From the NCBI RefSeq assembly GCF_001194135.2, contig NC_068987.1, forward strand, positions 4,977,564-5,041,563: DNA of 64,000 bases, given 5' to 3'. The notes below the pieces were generated by a model. The model was given only the letters and a program-made list of their open reading frames with translations. It was not told the origin of the DNA and did no database searches. A program made the translations under genes and the position numbers. Shown here piece by piece: positions 37,306 through 49,361 of the stretch (within the stretch, counting starts at the first letter, position 1; every line of letters begins with the position of its first letter). This DNA comes from Octopus bimaculoides (taxonomy: Eukaryota).

Positions 37306-40300
37306 CTTTTGTTGCTTATTGGTGAAGGATGAGTCAGGTTGAATTTTGAATCTTTTTGTTTGTTGCTTTCAGCCCCCATGTGGTATGTCTGACAATTTGA
37401 CACCTATACTACACTGTTTATGTGAAGCCAGTCGTAATAACAGATCAATCAGAAAATTCTGTCGTCTTAAGGTAACAACTTTCTTTTATTATGCTCTTCC
37501 TTAACTATTTTTTGTTTTGTTTTTAGTTTAAGATTCTCATGCATATTAAATGAAAGAAATTCATAATATCTAAAAAAGACATTATACACTTTTCATTACA
37601 CTCATGTGTAAACACACACACACACATTATGTTTTCTTGGTCGCTCTCTCTCTTACTCTCTCACTGGGTAACCATGTACCACCTCTATAGCAAGACATCT
37701 ATTTCTGCCTCCCTATTTCTCTGTCACATTCTAACCTTTCATCATCTGATTCTGGATCATCTCCTCCAATGCCCCTTCCATTATAGCAAGACACTTGTTT
37801 CCTCCCCTGCCCCTTTCATAATTCCATGTCTTGCGAGTTACTTGATGACACTGCCGGTGCCATGTAAAAAGCATCCAGTGGTTGGCATTTAGAAAAGCAT
37901 CCAGCTGTAAGAATCGTGCTAAAACTAACCTCACCTATGCTAGCGCCACATAAAAAGCACTGAGTCCATTCTGCTGAGTGGTTGGTGTTAGAAAGGGCAT
38001 CTAGCTGTAAAAACCCTGCCAAAACTGACAGAGTAGCATAAGGTAGTTTTTCTACCTGGTCAGCTCCTGCAAACCTACCCATGCATGCATGGAAGGTGGA
38101 CATTAAAACGATGATGATGATGATTTTCCTCCATTTCTAGTTACACTGGTATCAGGCAAAATTTGAAATTAATATTTCTCATCTGCATCTTCTCAACAAA
38201 TCTATTCCCATATGAATAGTCTCCCAACAATTGATATTTTTAAGAAAACCTTTCTCACTTTTTAGATAAAACATGTATTTCATATGTTTTGTATTTCTCT
38301 TTGTTAAGGTTTTACCACCAATGCGTGATGAAGTCCTAAATCTTCCTGAAGAAGGAGACACATTAAGAAACAGGTCTGTAATTAGTTCTTCATCCTTCTT
38401 AATATGTCTCGTGCCAAGTCATTGTAGGATGGATGCTTTTTCAAATCCAGGAATTTTCAATAATCATTTCACTATATATATATAAAGGGTTGGCCAAAAG
38501 TCACCTGACAGTAAATTAAAACCATTTAATTCCAAGATTAAATACAAAAAATTATTTTATATGAGACTTCACTAATAAATAGACAAATGTTGAAAAACAA
38601 ACAGTGATTTTAACTCACACCATTCAATTATTAAGCATTCATAATTGTAATGAATAAATAAAATTAAGTATTTATGGAATTTTGATTTACTGTCTTTTGG
38701 CCAACCCTGTATGAATATATATATAAACAGTGGGTCATATATCGAAAAAGAAGCACATTCTAAAAGATAGAGCAGTATTGTATATACATGCAGTTTAAAT
38801 ATATATCTGGTTGTAGAGTGACCAATGATTTTGCATCTATAGTGTGCTTAACTTTATAGACTCTAAATGGCAGGGGACATATAGAGTCAGACTCTAATGG
38901 CAGAGGGCATATAGAGTCAGACTCTAATGGCAGAGGGCATATAGAGTCAGACTCTTAATGGCAGAGGGCATATAGAGTCTGATGAGTCATCTACAAAGCT
39001 AAGTGCTTTATGGATGCGAAACCATTGGTCACTCTATGACCAGACACATATTTAACTTCAGTATATATACATAGCATAAATGTATCAAGAGAAACGAGAC
39101 AGACAGTTGGAGAATGTGAGAGGTTCCAAAGTAGGTAAAAATTCAAAAGGTGCTGGACAGAATGGGAACAGAATAAATTAGCATAAAAAGTGGACTCAAA
39201 GAATTGTAAGCCGAAAAAAAAAAAAAACCATAAGGAAGAGAAGTAGACTGGCATTTCAGGTGAACCCTTTATTGAAGTAGAGTAATGTAGAAATAAGCAA
39301 GAAAAAAAGGGACAGAAACAATACCTGTTTAATGTGTGTCTGTACCTTTCAGCTATATTCTGTAGAATGTACATTAGACCAGAAGTAGACAAATGGATTA
39401 AGTGGTGCCAAGAGTAGGTGGGAAAGTTGTGGCAGATGAAATGAGGGTATGAGAAGGTAGGGGAGGGTGTGAGAGAGGGATGGAGTTGTGTGGAAGGTTG
39501 AGAAGAAAGGCAGTGTGGTAAGAGATGGGAGATGGGGGGGGGTAGAAGTAGTGTGTATGTGACTGTCTGGATTTGAAGATGACCATTTCCTTCATTTGTG
39601 AATCCTTTGACATTATACGTCCTCCGATCCTTGACATACAGCCTCAGTCTTTGATGGAACTTGTAAATGTTTGGTTGGAGGGGGGTCAGATGGAATTCTT
39701 CATGGATGCCACTTTTCTAACTTCTCTTTATCTTCAATCCTCTTTCATCTACAATATTACCAAAGCAAGCACTGGGCAGTAATACCTTTTGGTCTTGAAG
39801 GGTTGATCTTACTTCTCTTCAAAGCCTAGCCTGGCACTGACCATGGTGTTACTGGCCATAGACAATCCTACAGGGTGAGATGCCATAAGTCAGATATTGT
39901 ACAGGGTGTCCACAAAGTCTGGGTACATGAAGTAAATAAAATCATAACAAACAATAAAATATAAGAAATAAGAATTTTTTAAAGTATGTGTTACTCCCCA
40001 TGTACCCAGACTTTGTGGACACCCTGTACACTGCTTATACTGACCATCTCACTTGGTGCTTGTATAGCATGGATTCAATGCTCGCTGGGGCACCATCTGA
40101 GACCAGCAACTTGTTTGTTTATTTTGGAGTAAAAAAATGTCTTAAACTTCCAGCCTTCAAATAATACTACTCTTATATGCTTAATACGTTTTTTTCTTTC
40201 TTTCTTTCAGATTGTGTCTGCTCTTAACCTCTCTAAGTCCTAGTATAAAACATTTGGTGCCTGATTTTCTGTTTACATTGTGTAAAGAAAATGGTATGTT

Positions 40301-42899
40301 ACTGCCTAAAATGATTTATTTCTTCATTTGTTTAACCCTTTTTGTTACCAAATTTCTTTTGAAATACACTGCCTTTGTTTCAATATCAAAGAATTTAGTT
40401 AATATATCCTTGATTGTAAGCTTAGTTGCACCAACAAAACTAACAAAGAACCTAGTTAGGTAGAGACTGAATAGCAACAACATTGACTATCTTGTTAATT
40501 AGCAGTTAATTTGTGCTCCATTTCAGTATTAGTGAAGGCACATGACCTAGTGGCTACAGTGACCTTGTGGCTACGGTGACCTAGTGGCTATGGTGACCTA
40601 GTAGCTACAGTGATCTAGTGGCTATGGTGACCTTGTGGCTACAATGACCTAGTAGCTACGGTGACCTAGTGGCTACAGTGACCTAATGACTACGGTGACC
40701 TAATGGCTACAGTGACCTAGTAGCTTCGGTGACCTAGTGGCTACAGTGACCTAGTGGCTACGGTGACCATGTGAAATGCAGCAGGATTTGGAAAGATAGC
40801 GATGATGTTTGAATAACATAGAAAGAATCCATGCCAGTGCCATTAATAAAGCACTGATACTGGTGCCATGTAAAAAACACCCTGAACACTCTGTAGAGTG
40901 ATTGGTGTTAGGAAGGGCATCCAGCCATAAAAACCATGCCAAAGCAGACAATTGGAGCCTGATGCAGCTCTCTCTGTCAAATCGCCCAATCTGTGCAAGC
41001 ACGGAAAGCAGACATTAATGATGATGATGGTGTTTACGCTATGTATACTAGACTTGTATGCCAGAAAACATGTAAATTCAGAGAGTTTTGATTCTCAATG
41101 TTATTCCAGAAGCAAATCATTTGCTGAGTTCTCGTATTTTTATCATTTTTTTTCTTTCCTTCGATTAAATCTATTTCTCTCTCTCTTCCAGTTGATCGTA
41201 TGATAAAGTATACAGGTTATGGGAACTGTGCTGGACTTCTTGCTGAGCGTGGCCTCCTGATGGGTGGACGTGGGAAAATGGCCAGTTATTCAAGTGAATC
41301 TGAAGATTCTGAAACTGAAGAATATACAGAGTTAAGACCAATGTAAATATTTTTGTTTCTTTTTTTCAAATTCTTCTCTTCATATTTTTAAGTGTCTCAA
41401 ACATACAAGACATATCCTACTTTATTCTGTCAGGTTGTGAAACCAATACTTCTTAACCCTTTCGATACCAACCTGGCTGAAACCACCACTGGCTCTGAGT
41501 ACAAATGTCTTGTTTCCATAAGTTTTGAATTAAAATCTTTCACCAAACCCTTGTTACAATTTATCTCCCTAGCACCAGCTTAACGATAACTAAATTATTT
41601 TACTAAATTCTTTGTTATATTTAAAATTAATTGAAAGAAACACAGAGCATCTCAACAGAAATATGGTAATGAAAAGGTTAACGCAGTAGGGACTAGGAAG
41701 TAGGAGTGAAATATTGAACCAGAACAACTTGATTTTATACATCGATGAGAACTATTTTCTTTGTCTAGGGTTAATCCAGTAACCGGCCGTTGGGAGGAAG
41801 AGCGACCAAAAGCTATAGACAACATGAGTGAAGAACAGAAAGAGTACGAAGCTATGAAAGCAGTTGACCTAATTCACAAGTTGCATGAGTAAGTAAATAG
41901 TTTATACGGCATAGTTTCACTTTATGTAATTGTTGCCAAAATCCTGTTTCCCCTCGTATGTCATTTGACTCAATTTTGTGTGAATAAGCATGGATCATAT
42001 TATTGATTCTCTGTGGGTAAGGCAGTTCATTTTTTCACTGTCCAATACAAGCAGATTCATTTTTGTGAATAATCACAACATACTCTCTGTAGCAAGACAC
42101 AACTGCGACAACAAAAAGACCTGAGATCAGTTCACTAGGGAGCCTCTATGCAGTTATTCAACCTGCTAGAAATAGCAACCAAATTTTCTCCAACTTAAAA
42201 ATAACGACACATTGGACAATGTTGTCACACACCATTTTTCTTTCTCAACTCAACTCATCAGTGTGGGTGTAACTGTGTGGTTAGAAGTTTGCTTCCTACA
42301 AGATTCTTGGTTCAGTTCCACTGCATGGCACCTTGGGTAAGTGTCTTTCTACTACAACCTCAGGCTGACCAAAGCCTTCTTCAGTAGATTTGGTAGACAG
42401 AAACTGAAAAAGTCCCTTCATATGTGTGTGTGTGTGTTTGTCCCCCACCACTGCTTGACAATAGTGTTGATGCATTTACATCCCCGTAACTTAGTAGTGC
42501 AGCAAAAGAGACTGATAGAATAAGTACCAGGCATTAAAAAAATTAAGTACTGGTGTTGATTTGTCTATGAAATTTCTTCAAGGCAGTGCCCCAGCATGGC
42601 CACGGTCTAATGACAACCTGTAAAAGATGGGAGATACCTTTAAAACAGTTAGGAATAACTTGAGGGAAATTTGGCTGCTATTTCTTGCAGGTTGAGTTAT
42701 TATACCTGCTGTAATAAGTTTTTGTCCATCACACCTGTCTATAATTAATTGCCAATCAATTTCCTTTTTCATTTCCAGGAAAGGTGTGATTCAACCAGGT
42801 TGCTTGGGACAAGATGGAAAACCAACACCCATATCGCATATCCTGCAAATGACTGAGAATATTAAGATTTCTCCGGAAGCTTCCTCTGATTCTGATTGA
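27849..42899 (+). CDS. RIC8: Ric-8 / synembryn G-alpha chaperone and GEF, complete, 15 coding exons, 1743 nt (580 aa + stop)
   Basis: All exons GT-AG and in phase. Family motifs: [129 protein letters not shown]. Confidence 0.96.
28235..28308. repeat. Near-perfect 31-bp inverted repeat with 12-nt loop
   Basis: TTTTTATAAGCTTAAGGCTTATAAACGATCA / TGATCGTTTATAAGCTTTAAGCTTATAAAAA, 30 of 31 match. Confidence 0.9.
29398..29721. repeat. ~320-bp foldback (long imperfect palindrome)
   Basis: GGAGATGGTATATCAAA (29402-29418) is the exact reverse complement of 29701-29717; further matching blocks inward, with TG-rich/CA-rich inner arms. Confidence 0.85.
31112..31159 (+). CDS. RIC8: Ric-8 exon 2 ([16 protein letters not shown])
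   Basis: tttcAG / GTATTT; 48 nt, phase 0-0. Confidence 0.82.
31937..32156 (+). CDS. RIC8: Ric-8 exon 3 ([10 protein letters not shown]...[11 protein letters not shown]...DEDTE)
   Basis: accAG / GTAATC; 220 nt, phase 0-1. Confidence 0.92.
33054..33123 (+). CDS. RIC8: Ric-8 exon 4 ([22 protein letters not shown])
   Basis: ttcAG / GTAAGT; 70 nt, phase 1-2. Confidence 0.93.
33394..33429 (+). ncRNA. Degenerate hammerhead-like motif
   Basis: CUUU-CUGUGGA-A-GAGC[AUAG]GCUC-GAAAC-AUU-AAAG; core differs at A6 and helix III is no longer palindromic. Confidence 0.5.
33790..33865 (+). CDS. RIC8: Ric-8 exon 5 ([25 protein letters not shown])
   Basis: ttcAG / GTAAGT; 76 nt, phase 2-0. Confidence 0.92.
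34354..34406 (+). CDS. RIC8: Ric-8 exon 6 ([17 protein letters not shown])
   Basis: tttcAG / GTAAAT; 53 nt, phase 0-2. Confidence 0.93.
35091..35271 (+). CDS. RIC8: Ric-8 exon 7 (QRIHFELHG...[11 protein letters not shown]...SLDE)
   Basis: aacAG / GTAAGA; 181 nt, phase 2-0. Confidence 0.93.
35443..35537 (+). CDS. RIC8: Ric-8 exon 8 ([18 protein letters not shown]...EELV)
   Basis: gacAG / GTAAAT; 95 nt, phase 0-2. Confidence 0.92.
36105..36354 (+). CDS. RIC8: Ric-8 exon 9 ([10 protein letters not shown]...FLHQRLRK...LHSK)
   Basis: tatAG / GTAATG; 250 nt, phase 2-0. A weaker in-frame donor exists at 36274. Confidence 0.85.
37373..37471 (+). CDS. RIC8: Ric-8 exon 10 ([33 protein letters not shown])
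   Basis: tttcAG / GTAACA; 99 nt, phase 0-0. Confidence 0.92.
38309..38373 (+). CDS. RIC8: Ric-8 exon 11 ([21 protein letters not shown])
   Basis: ttaAG / GTCTGT; 65 nt, phase 0-2. Confidence 0.92.
38485..38709. mobile_element. Tc1/mariner-type MITE (family with a second copy at 44287-44512)
   Basis: TIR (C)AGGGTTGGCCAAAAG... / ...CTTTTGGCCAACCCTG with TA flanks. Confidence 0.8.
38859..38979. repeat. 30-bp tandem repeat x4 with self-complementary unit ends
   Basis: Unit GACTCTAATGGCAGAGGGCATATAGAGTCA. Confidence 0.92.
39902..40026. mobile_element. Tc1/mariner-type MITE, 125 bp
   Basis: 28-bp perfect TIR CAGGGTGTCCACAAAGTCTGGGTACATG; TA TSD on both sides. Confidence 0.9.
40211..40293 (+). 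CDS. RIC8: Ric-8 exon 12 ([27 protein letters not shown])
   Basis: tttcAG / GTATGT; 83 nt, phase 2-1. Confidence 0.9.
40543..40768 (+). repeat. 17-bp minisatellite (TGACCTAGTGGCTACRG), about 13 units
   Basis: Directly visible tandem array preceded by TGAAGGCACA, a SINE-head start. Confidence 0.92.
41192..41342 (+). CDS. RIC8: Ric-8 exon 13 ([16 protein letters not shown]...[13 protein letters not shown])
   Basis: ttccAG / GTAAAT; 151 nt, phase 1-2; contains the acidic segment corresponding to the CK2 phosphorylation sites of Ric-8A. Confidence 0.95.
41457..41677. mobile_element. TTAA-flanked piggyBac-like MITE (copies at 60723-60901 reversed and ~35857-36076)
   Basis: TTAA-CCCTTTCG...AAAAGG-TTAA; shared internal sequence CAACCTGGCTGAAACC..GCTCTG..GTACAAATGTCTTGTT. 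Confidence 0.75.
41769..41888 (+). CDS. RIC8: Ric-8 exon 14 ([10 protein letters not shown]...[18 protein letters not shown])
   Basis: tctAG / GTAAGT; 120 nt, phase 2-2. Confidence 0.95.
42779..42899 (+). CDS. RIC8: Ric-8 exon 15, terminal ([15 protein letters not shown]...SSDSD*)
   Basis: ttccAG; 121 nt ending in TGA at 42897-42899. Confidence 0.92.
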
Positions 42900-43556
42900 A
42901 CGCATTCTATTCTTCTTTACTTTGAAAGGAGAGGAAAGAAAGGCAAAAATTACAGCAACAACAATACCGACAAAAATAATAATGATAATGATGAGGATAA
43001 AGAAAAGAAAAATACACTTTTTTTCCACATTTTATTTTTATTATTTTGAAAGGAAAATTGAAGAAAAATATTTATTCAATATTATACGATGGAAACTTCC
43101 TACAACTTTTATATGAAGACAAGAAGATGTGAAGCAGAAATACTAACTTAAAAACAAACTACAAACATTCTATCATAAAAACTCCTGAGAAACAAAATCC
43201 CAGAAAAGCAAGCAAAGACCAGAAGTAATCCTTGTTTTAGATGAAGAGCCTTCTTTTTTGTCATTTTTCTATTTGTCCCATGCTCCTGGGCAGTTCCTGA
43301 GTGCTTTATTTGTTGTTGTTGCTATTATTATTATTATTATTAAGATGGTGACTGAATCGTTATTGTGTCAGACAAAATTCTTTTGTGACATTTCATCCAT
43401 TTTTACATTCTGAGTCCAAATACCACCAGGGTCAACTTCGCCTTTCATCTTTCTGAGGTTGGTAAAATAAGTACCAGTTGAGTACTGGGGTCGGTGTAAT
43501 TGACTTTCCCACTCCCTTAAAAAATTGCTGGCATTGTGCCAAAATTTGAAACCTTT

Positions 43557-43569
43557 ATCATCATCATCA

Positions 43570-43618
<49 letters not shown>

Positions 43619-43665
43619 CATCATTATTATTATTATTAGTAGTAGTAGTAGTAGTAGTAGTAGTA
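43557..43665. repeat. Compound (CAT)n(ATT)n(AGT)n microsatellite
   Basis: Directly visible. Confidence 0.95.
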
Positions 43666-44286
43666 CTGATGGCGGTTTTGGTGAGTGTTCTGAGTAAGAG
43701 GTAAACTCTCAGCAACTCAAGACTATCATACAGTTTCAGGACTTAGTCAAAGTCATTTCATGTTATTTGTACCTTAATAACTTTGTCAAAGGCTTGAATG
43801 TCACAACATCACATTCCTCTCTCTCATGCCTAAAATATAGGGCTTTTATGCCAAGCCCAAAAGCTAAATCTCATTAATATTACTAGTGTGGTTTAGATGA
43901 CTAAACTTTTAGACTGATAATTAAATGCACTGCAGTAATTGGTATCCTTCTTGACAGTCCTGAACTGAAATCTTGCCACAGTAAGTTCTATTTCACATAT
44001 CCTTTCACATAATTATCTCTAGTGTACAAAGACTAGTTTAATTAACCCTTTTTTCCTATCCTTCAAGAATTGGCTATGTACCTGAGTGAAAACTTGGTAG
44101 CATTTTTAGGGTGGTAACAACTCAGGAGAGTAGAAGAGCATTGGAGTAAATGTAGTACAATATTTAGTTTTGAAATTTTTTATTTATTTTAATTTTAAAT
44201 TCTCAACTGAGTTGGTTTTGCTTTTCATCCCTCAGGAGCCATGAAAATAAGTATCAGATAGATACATGCATGCATACACATATATA

Positions 44287-44512
44287 CAGGGTTGGCCAGA
44301 AGTTACCTGGCAGTAAATCAAAATTCCATAGATACTATCTGTAATTCTGACCTTGGCTTGAGTGGAAAAATGTGTCCACTCAAGAAGGATCTTCAGTTTA
44401 AACAATTTTTATGATGTTTCATATTTAGATGCTTTTTATTAAATTCATTCAGAAATAAAGCTTGGAATTAAATGGTTTTGATTTACTGTCAGGTGACTCT
44501 TGGCCAACCCTA
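44287..44512. mobile_element. Tc1/mariner-type MITE (same family as 38485-38709)
   Basis: TIR CAGGGTTGGCCAGAAGTTACCTGGCAGTAAATC / GATTTACTGTCAGGTGACTCTTGGCCAACCCT with TA flanks. Confidence 0.8.
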
Positions 44513-44744
44513 TATATATATATGTATATATATATACACACACACACACATGCATACATACACACACACACACATAGAGAGAGAGAGAGAAGAGAGGTAA
44601 CAGATGAGATCGAGAGAATATCTATATAGAAAACACTTTGTAGCGCTCAAAAGATTTGAAGTTAAACTCTGAAATTTTTACCGAGGACCAAATCAGCAGG
44701 ATAAAGATTGACTGAAAGGGGAATCCAAGTGAGTAGATACAGAG

Positions 44745-45410
44745 ACAATGATGCAAATATAGAGATAAAATTGCTTGGGTTTGATGTACCAAATATATGT
44801 ACATGTATATAAAGAAAAAATGGAAATAAAGAAAAGGCAAAGACTGCAAATTTTCAGATGGTTAACATTCAAGTATAAATATATCATCCATCTAGCATGG
44901 AGGGCAGATGTTAAACAATGATAATGATGATATTTATATATTAATAGAGCAAACTTACTCAGATTACATAGACTCAAAGAATTTGAGGGAAGAAGGTATG
45001 GTGTTACAAGTCCAACAGCTGTTTCTGGGGGCTCAGAGTTATTTCATAATGTTGGCAGATAAGAATCTTATCTTTCCACCCTGAAGAAGGAGGCCAGGTT
45101 CTTTCCAGTGTTTATTTGCTTCTATTACTGGTTGCAAATTTTTGGTGAACCACATCTGCCGACATTATGAAGTAACTCTGAGCTCCCAGAAACAGCTGTT
45201 GGACTTGTAATACCATACCTTCTCCCCTCTAATTCTTTAAGTCTAAGTAATCTGAATAAGCCTCTTCTATTAATATATATATATTTATACTTGAAAGTTT
45301 ATCATCTGAAAATATTCAGTCTTTGCCTTTTCTTTATTTATATGTATACATGTACATACATTCTGTACATCAACCCTAAGAAGTTTTATCTGTTTATTTG
45401 TATCATTCTC
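44745..45410. repeat. Long inverted repeat, arms ~260-310 bp, ~90-bp spacer
   Basis: GAAGGTATGGTGTTACAAGTCCAACAGCTGTTTCTGGG (~44992-45029) pairs with CCCAGAAACAGCTGTTGGACTTGTAATACCATACCTTC (~45185-45222); similarity continues outward. Confidence 0.88.
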
Positions 45411-45426
45411 TCTCTCTCTCTCTTTC

Positions 45427-45470
<44 letters not shown>

Positions 45471-45962
45471 GTGCATATATTTGTTTTTAATGGTGGAGCT
45501 TGATGTAGATAAAGTTATAAATGATAGCAATGTAACTATTGGGTTTAAAATCCTTTGGATTGTAAAATTTGAAGGCAGCCTTCAACTTTTTTAACCCAAT
45601 ATTTACTCGCTATCATTTATAGCTTTATCTACTTTGAGTTCTACCATTAAAAACGAATTATTTAACATTCTCTCAAATTTTCTAAAATTCCTATGATGTA
45701 AACTATATATATATATATATACATATCAAATGTAATTACAGCATTGAAGACACATGGTAACCATTCAAAAAAGACAAAAATTTAACTTCACTTAAAACAT
45801 TTCTAATTTAGTGTCAAAATGTTCATCACACTAATTATAACCTGGTCACTGACATGGATGCTCTGTTTATTAATGACTGTCATGTGTCTTCCACTCTGTA
45901 ATTGGTTTAGTTTCAATACATTCAATGCAGGATCTGGGATCGAATCTCTTGCCCGGCAAGTA

Positions 45963-46001
<39 letters not shown>

Positions 46002-46003
<2 letters not shown>

Positions 46004-46290
46004 ATCATCGTTTAACGTCCGCTTTCCATGCTAGCATGGGTTGGACGATTTGACTGAGGACTGGTGAAACCAGATGGCAACACCAGGCTCCAATCTAATT
46101 TGGCAGAGTTTCTACAGCTGGATGCCCTTCCTAACGTCAACCACTCAGAGAGTGTAGTGGGTGCTTTTACGTGTCACCCGCACGAAAACGGCCACGCTCG
46201 AAATGGTGTCTTTTATGTGCCACCCGCACAAGCCAGTCCAGGGGCACTGGCAACGATCTCACTCGAAAATCCTACGGGAGCCAGTCAGGC
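46002..46290 (-). mobile_element. Young copy of the same SINE-like family
   Basis: Only a few substitutions relative to 5251-5495. Confidence 0.85.
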
Positions 46291-47811
46291 GAGTGGAGTT
46301 GATGCAGTTGCCTGTACCTCCTCCTTCCTATTAATTAGCTCTGTGCCTAATTAAGAAAGCAATCATTGTCATCATGGTATGAAAGAAGATAGCTGAGGTA
46401 GTTAAATGTCAGTGTAGACATTACAGTGTTTAGTTTGTGTCCCCTTTTCTGAACCCAACTTATGGTGGGCTTTGTCTTTCAATCCTTTGAGGGTTGGTGA
46501 AATACATATCTATAACCACTCCCTTACAAACATTGTGCCTAGTCTGAAACACACATATTATTGTCATTATGTTAGCAGGAACCCTTGTGTGGTGCTAAGT
46601 TTTTAACAAGTGAAATCGGTTTTGTTTTCATTCTTAGTAGGAGTGATCTTTTAATTCCTTCTACATTATGTATTTTTGGTATGTTATGACTTACAATATC
46701 TTCTTGTCTATATATTCGAGACTTTGTGCCTCTGTAACAAATCATCATCATCATCATCATCATCACCATCATCATCACCATCATCATCATCATCATCATA
46801 GCAAATAACAAACCTTGTAGACCTAAAGGTAACCTGACAACCCAACACTTCACATCAATTTTTTCAATTCCAAATTGAAGAATTTTCACCTCACTCTGGT
46901 ATAAATACTGCCAAGAAAAGACAATAATCTACCAAAATCTCACTTCCATCTTCTTCAAGTTGTGGCTTTATGCTTAAGTGAGAAATCATAATTGCAGCAA
47001 ATATGGTATTGAAGCAAAAGAATTGTCAAGAATTTACTGGCTGGTTTTTGAATAACCACCCTTGGAAAGTCACACATCCTAATTCCACCATTCTTCATCC
47101 AGTATATATCTGAGGTGTGATAAATACATATGTTAAAAAGAAATCATTATTTTGTTCTTTTATGATAAATTTTTGTATCGCTTCATCAACATTGATGTAC
47201 CGCATTAACTTGTTACAGTACAATCTAAATATTTGCCTTGCTTATATTCACATTCATTAAACACCATAACTCTGTCTACACACACAGAGCAGAACAATGT
47301 AAATATTATTTGTATGTAGAATAATTTCTCTAAACCCTAGAAATTGATTTTTTAAAATTTAACATTTTAATCCATTGTTGATTTGATCAATTGTTACTGG
47401 TGTTTTTTTCTCTTTGTGTTATATGGAGTTTTTTTTGTTTTTTGTTGCATTTTATTTTTATATCTTTAAAACCCTTTTTTTTGCATTCAGATTAATCTTT
47501 CAAATGTAATGCTTATTTATTCACATTGTTTTGAATTAATTGCACAGCATTGTGTAACTTTGAGATTTTGATGATGTTACTGTTTACTTTGAGAATAATA
47601 TAGTACGGTAGATGTGAGAGACTGAATCTGACCAGTTTGAGCATAAAACATGTAGGATATTTTGGTCAGATATGACTGGTTTAAATACTAAAGGTTTAAA
47701 GAATCAATTACGGCTTTAGGTGTTGTGGGCAAATACAGATTCACACATATAAATGCAAATTCACTCATTTAAATACAGGTTCACACTCAGACTTGCAGAT
47801 GATATTATATA

Positions 47812-48063
47812 TTGGGTTCTCAGATGAATTCATTCATTTTTTTTTTTCTACTTGGCTCTCCATTGTCATACATGTGAAAAAGAGATAAATTTCTTTTCAA
47901 ATTTCAAAAACGAAAACAAAAGAAGTAGAGGAAGAATATAGCTACAAAAGTCCATGAAGCACTGCAATAAAAATATTTTACATGTAAATTCAAATAACAT
48001 TGGAAAGGATTAAAATAAATGGATGTAAAAAGCCCTAAAAGCAAATTTATCTGACAGTCCTAA
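47812..48063. mobile_element. Decayed mariner-derived MITE
   Basis: Left TA-TTGGGTTCTCAGATGAATTCATT, right AAATTTATCTGACAGTCCTAA; right end shared with the transposase remnant at 53490-53874. Confidence 0.6.
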
Positions 48064-48990
48064 AGTTAACTCTTTTATCTAATTCCTTTTCAAAGGTGGA
48101 CAAGAGATAACACTCCTGTGTTGCCACCAATTTGTCTCTCATGAAGCGCAAAGTCAAAAGGGTAGCAGCCAACAAGCTAAGAGGGCTATTGTTTGACCAA
48201 CACCCTTAACTTTCAAATTGCCCTTTAAGTAGATACTATGCGTATTTCAAGCCATTGCAGGAGTGTTTCAGTGGATGATGACTGCCTCTCTAAGCTGATT
48301 TCCTTTAGATACACAATTTGAAGACTTAATGGATTATGAGACGACACACACACACACACATGACCAAGCAAACAAAAACCAAAATTAAGGCAGACTGAAG
48401 ATACTAAGGAGTAAATTGCTGCACTAGTCACTGTAATATAGCTAGTTCGATTGTCTAGCATTAGTTACAAATTACCTATACTCATATACATAAGTGTGTG
48501 TGTATATATATGTATATACACACATATATACATACACACACATACACACTATGTGACCTACCTTGACCAATAGCAGCCCATTTTTCTAGTAGCCATCTTG
48601 GACTTCCTGTATTCCTTCATTCAGTAATCTGAGCCAGAAAGAGCCAGGTTTCTCTTGGCAGCCTGCAAAACTTTAACTCACATGGAGCCAAATCCAATTG
48701 TTTTAAATAATAATGATAATAATAATAATAATACACATAATAGCGGTATTTTGTCTGTCTTTATGTTCTGAGTTCAAATTCCGCCAAGGTCGACTTTGCC
48801 TTTCATTCTTTCAGGGTCGATAAATTAAGTATCAGTTGCATATTGGGGTCGATCTAATTGATTGGCCCCCTCCCTCAAAATTTCAGGCCTTGTGCCTAGA
48901 GTAGAAAATAATAATAATAGCACACATATCTGCATGTATATGCATATTCCTACTCCCCAATGGCATAATAACTGACAGAAGTTGCACATA

Positions 48991-49140
48991 CGAGGGTGAG
49001 TCAGAAAGTAATGCCATTTTTTTTAGGACAGGTATAATTACCAACACAGGAACATGTATCATACATCAAAATGAAGCTGGTCCTCTGTGGATCACATCCC
49101 TACTTCTCAACTCTATATTTTAGACTGTGCTTCTTTTTTG
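48991..49140. mobile_element. Truncated mariner-like end
   Basis: TA-CGAGGGTGAGTCAGAAAGTAATGCC is a typical mariner terminus; no partner TIR seen; inner boundary approximate. Confidence 0.5.
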
Positions 49141-49361
49141 GATATATAATACACTGATGATATATATTGAGTGGTTGGCGTTAGGAAGGGCATCCAGCTG
49201 TAGAAACTCTGCCAAATTAGATTGGAGCCTGGTGTTGCCATCCGGTTTCACCAGTCCTCAGTCAAATCGTCCAACCCATGCTAGCATGGAAAGCGGACGT
49301 TAAACGACGATGATGATGATGATGATGATATATATATATATATAGATATATATATATATAT

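Noticed and set aside
38859-40768. Tandem arrays as possible CRISPR loci
   Set aside because: No unique spacers, eukaryotic context, no cas genes.
46870-47110. Minus-strand AG/GT-bounded segment as a fourth gene's exon
   Set aside because: Stops in all three frames.
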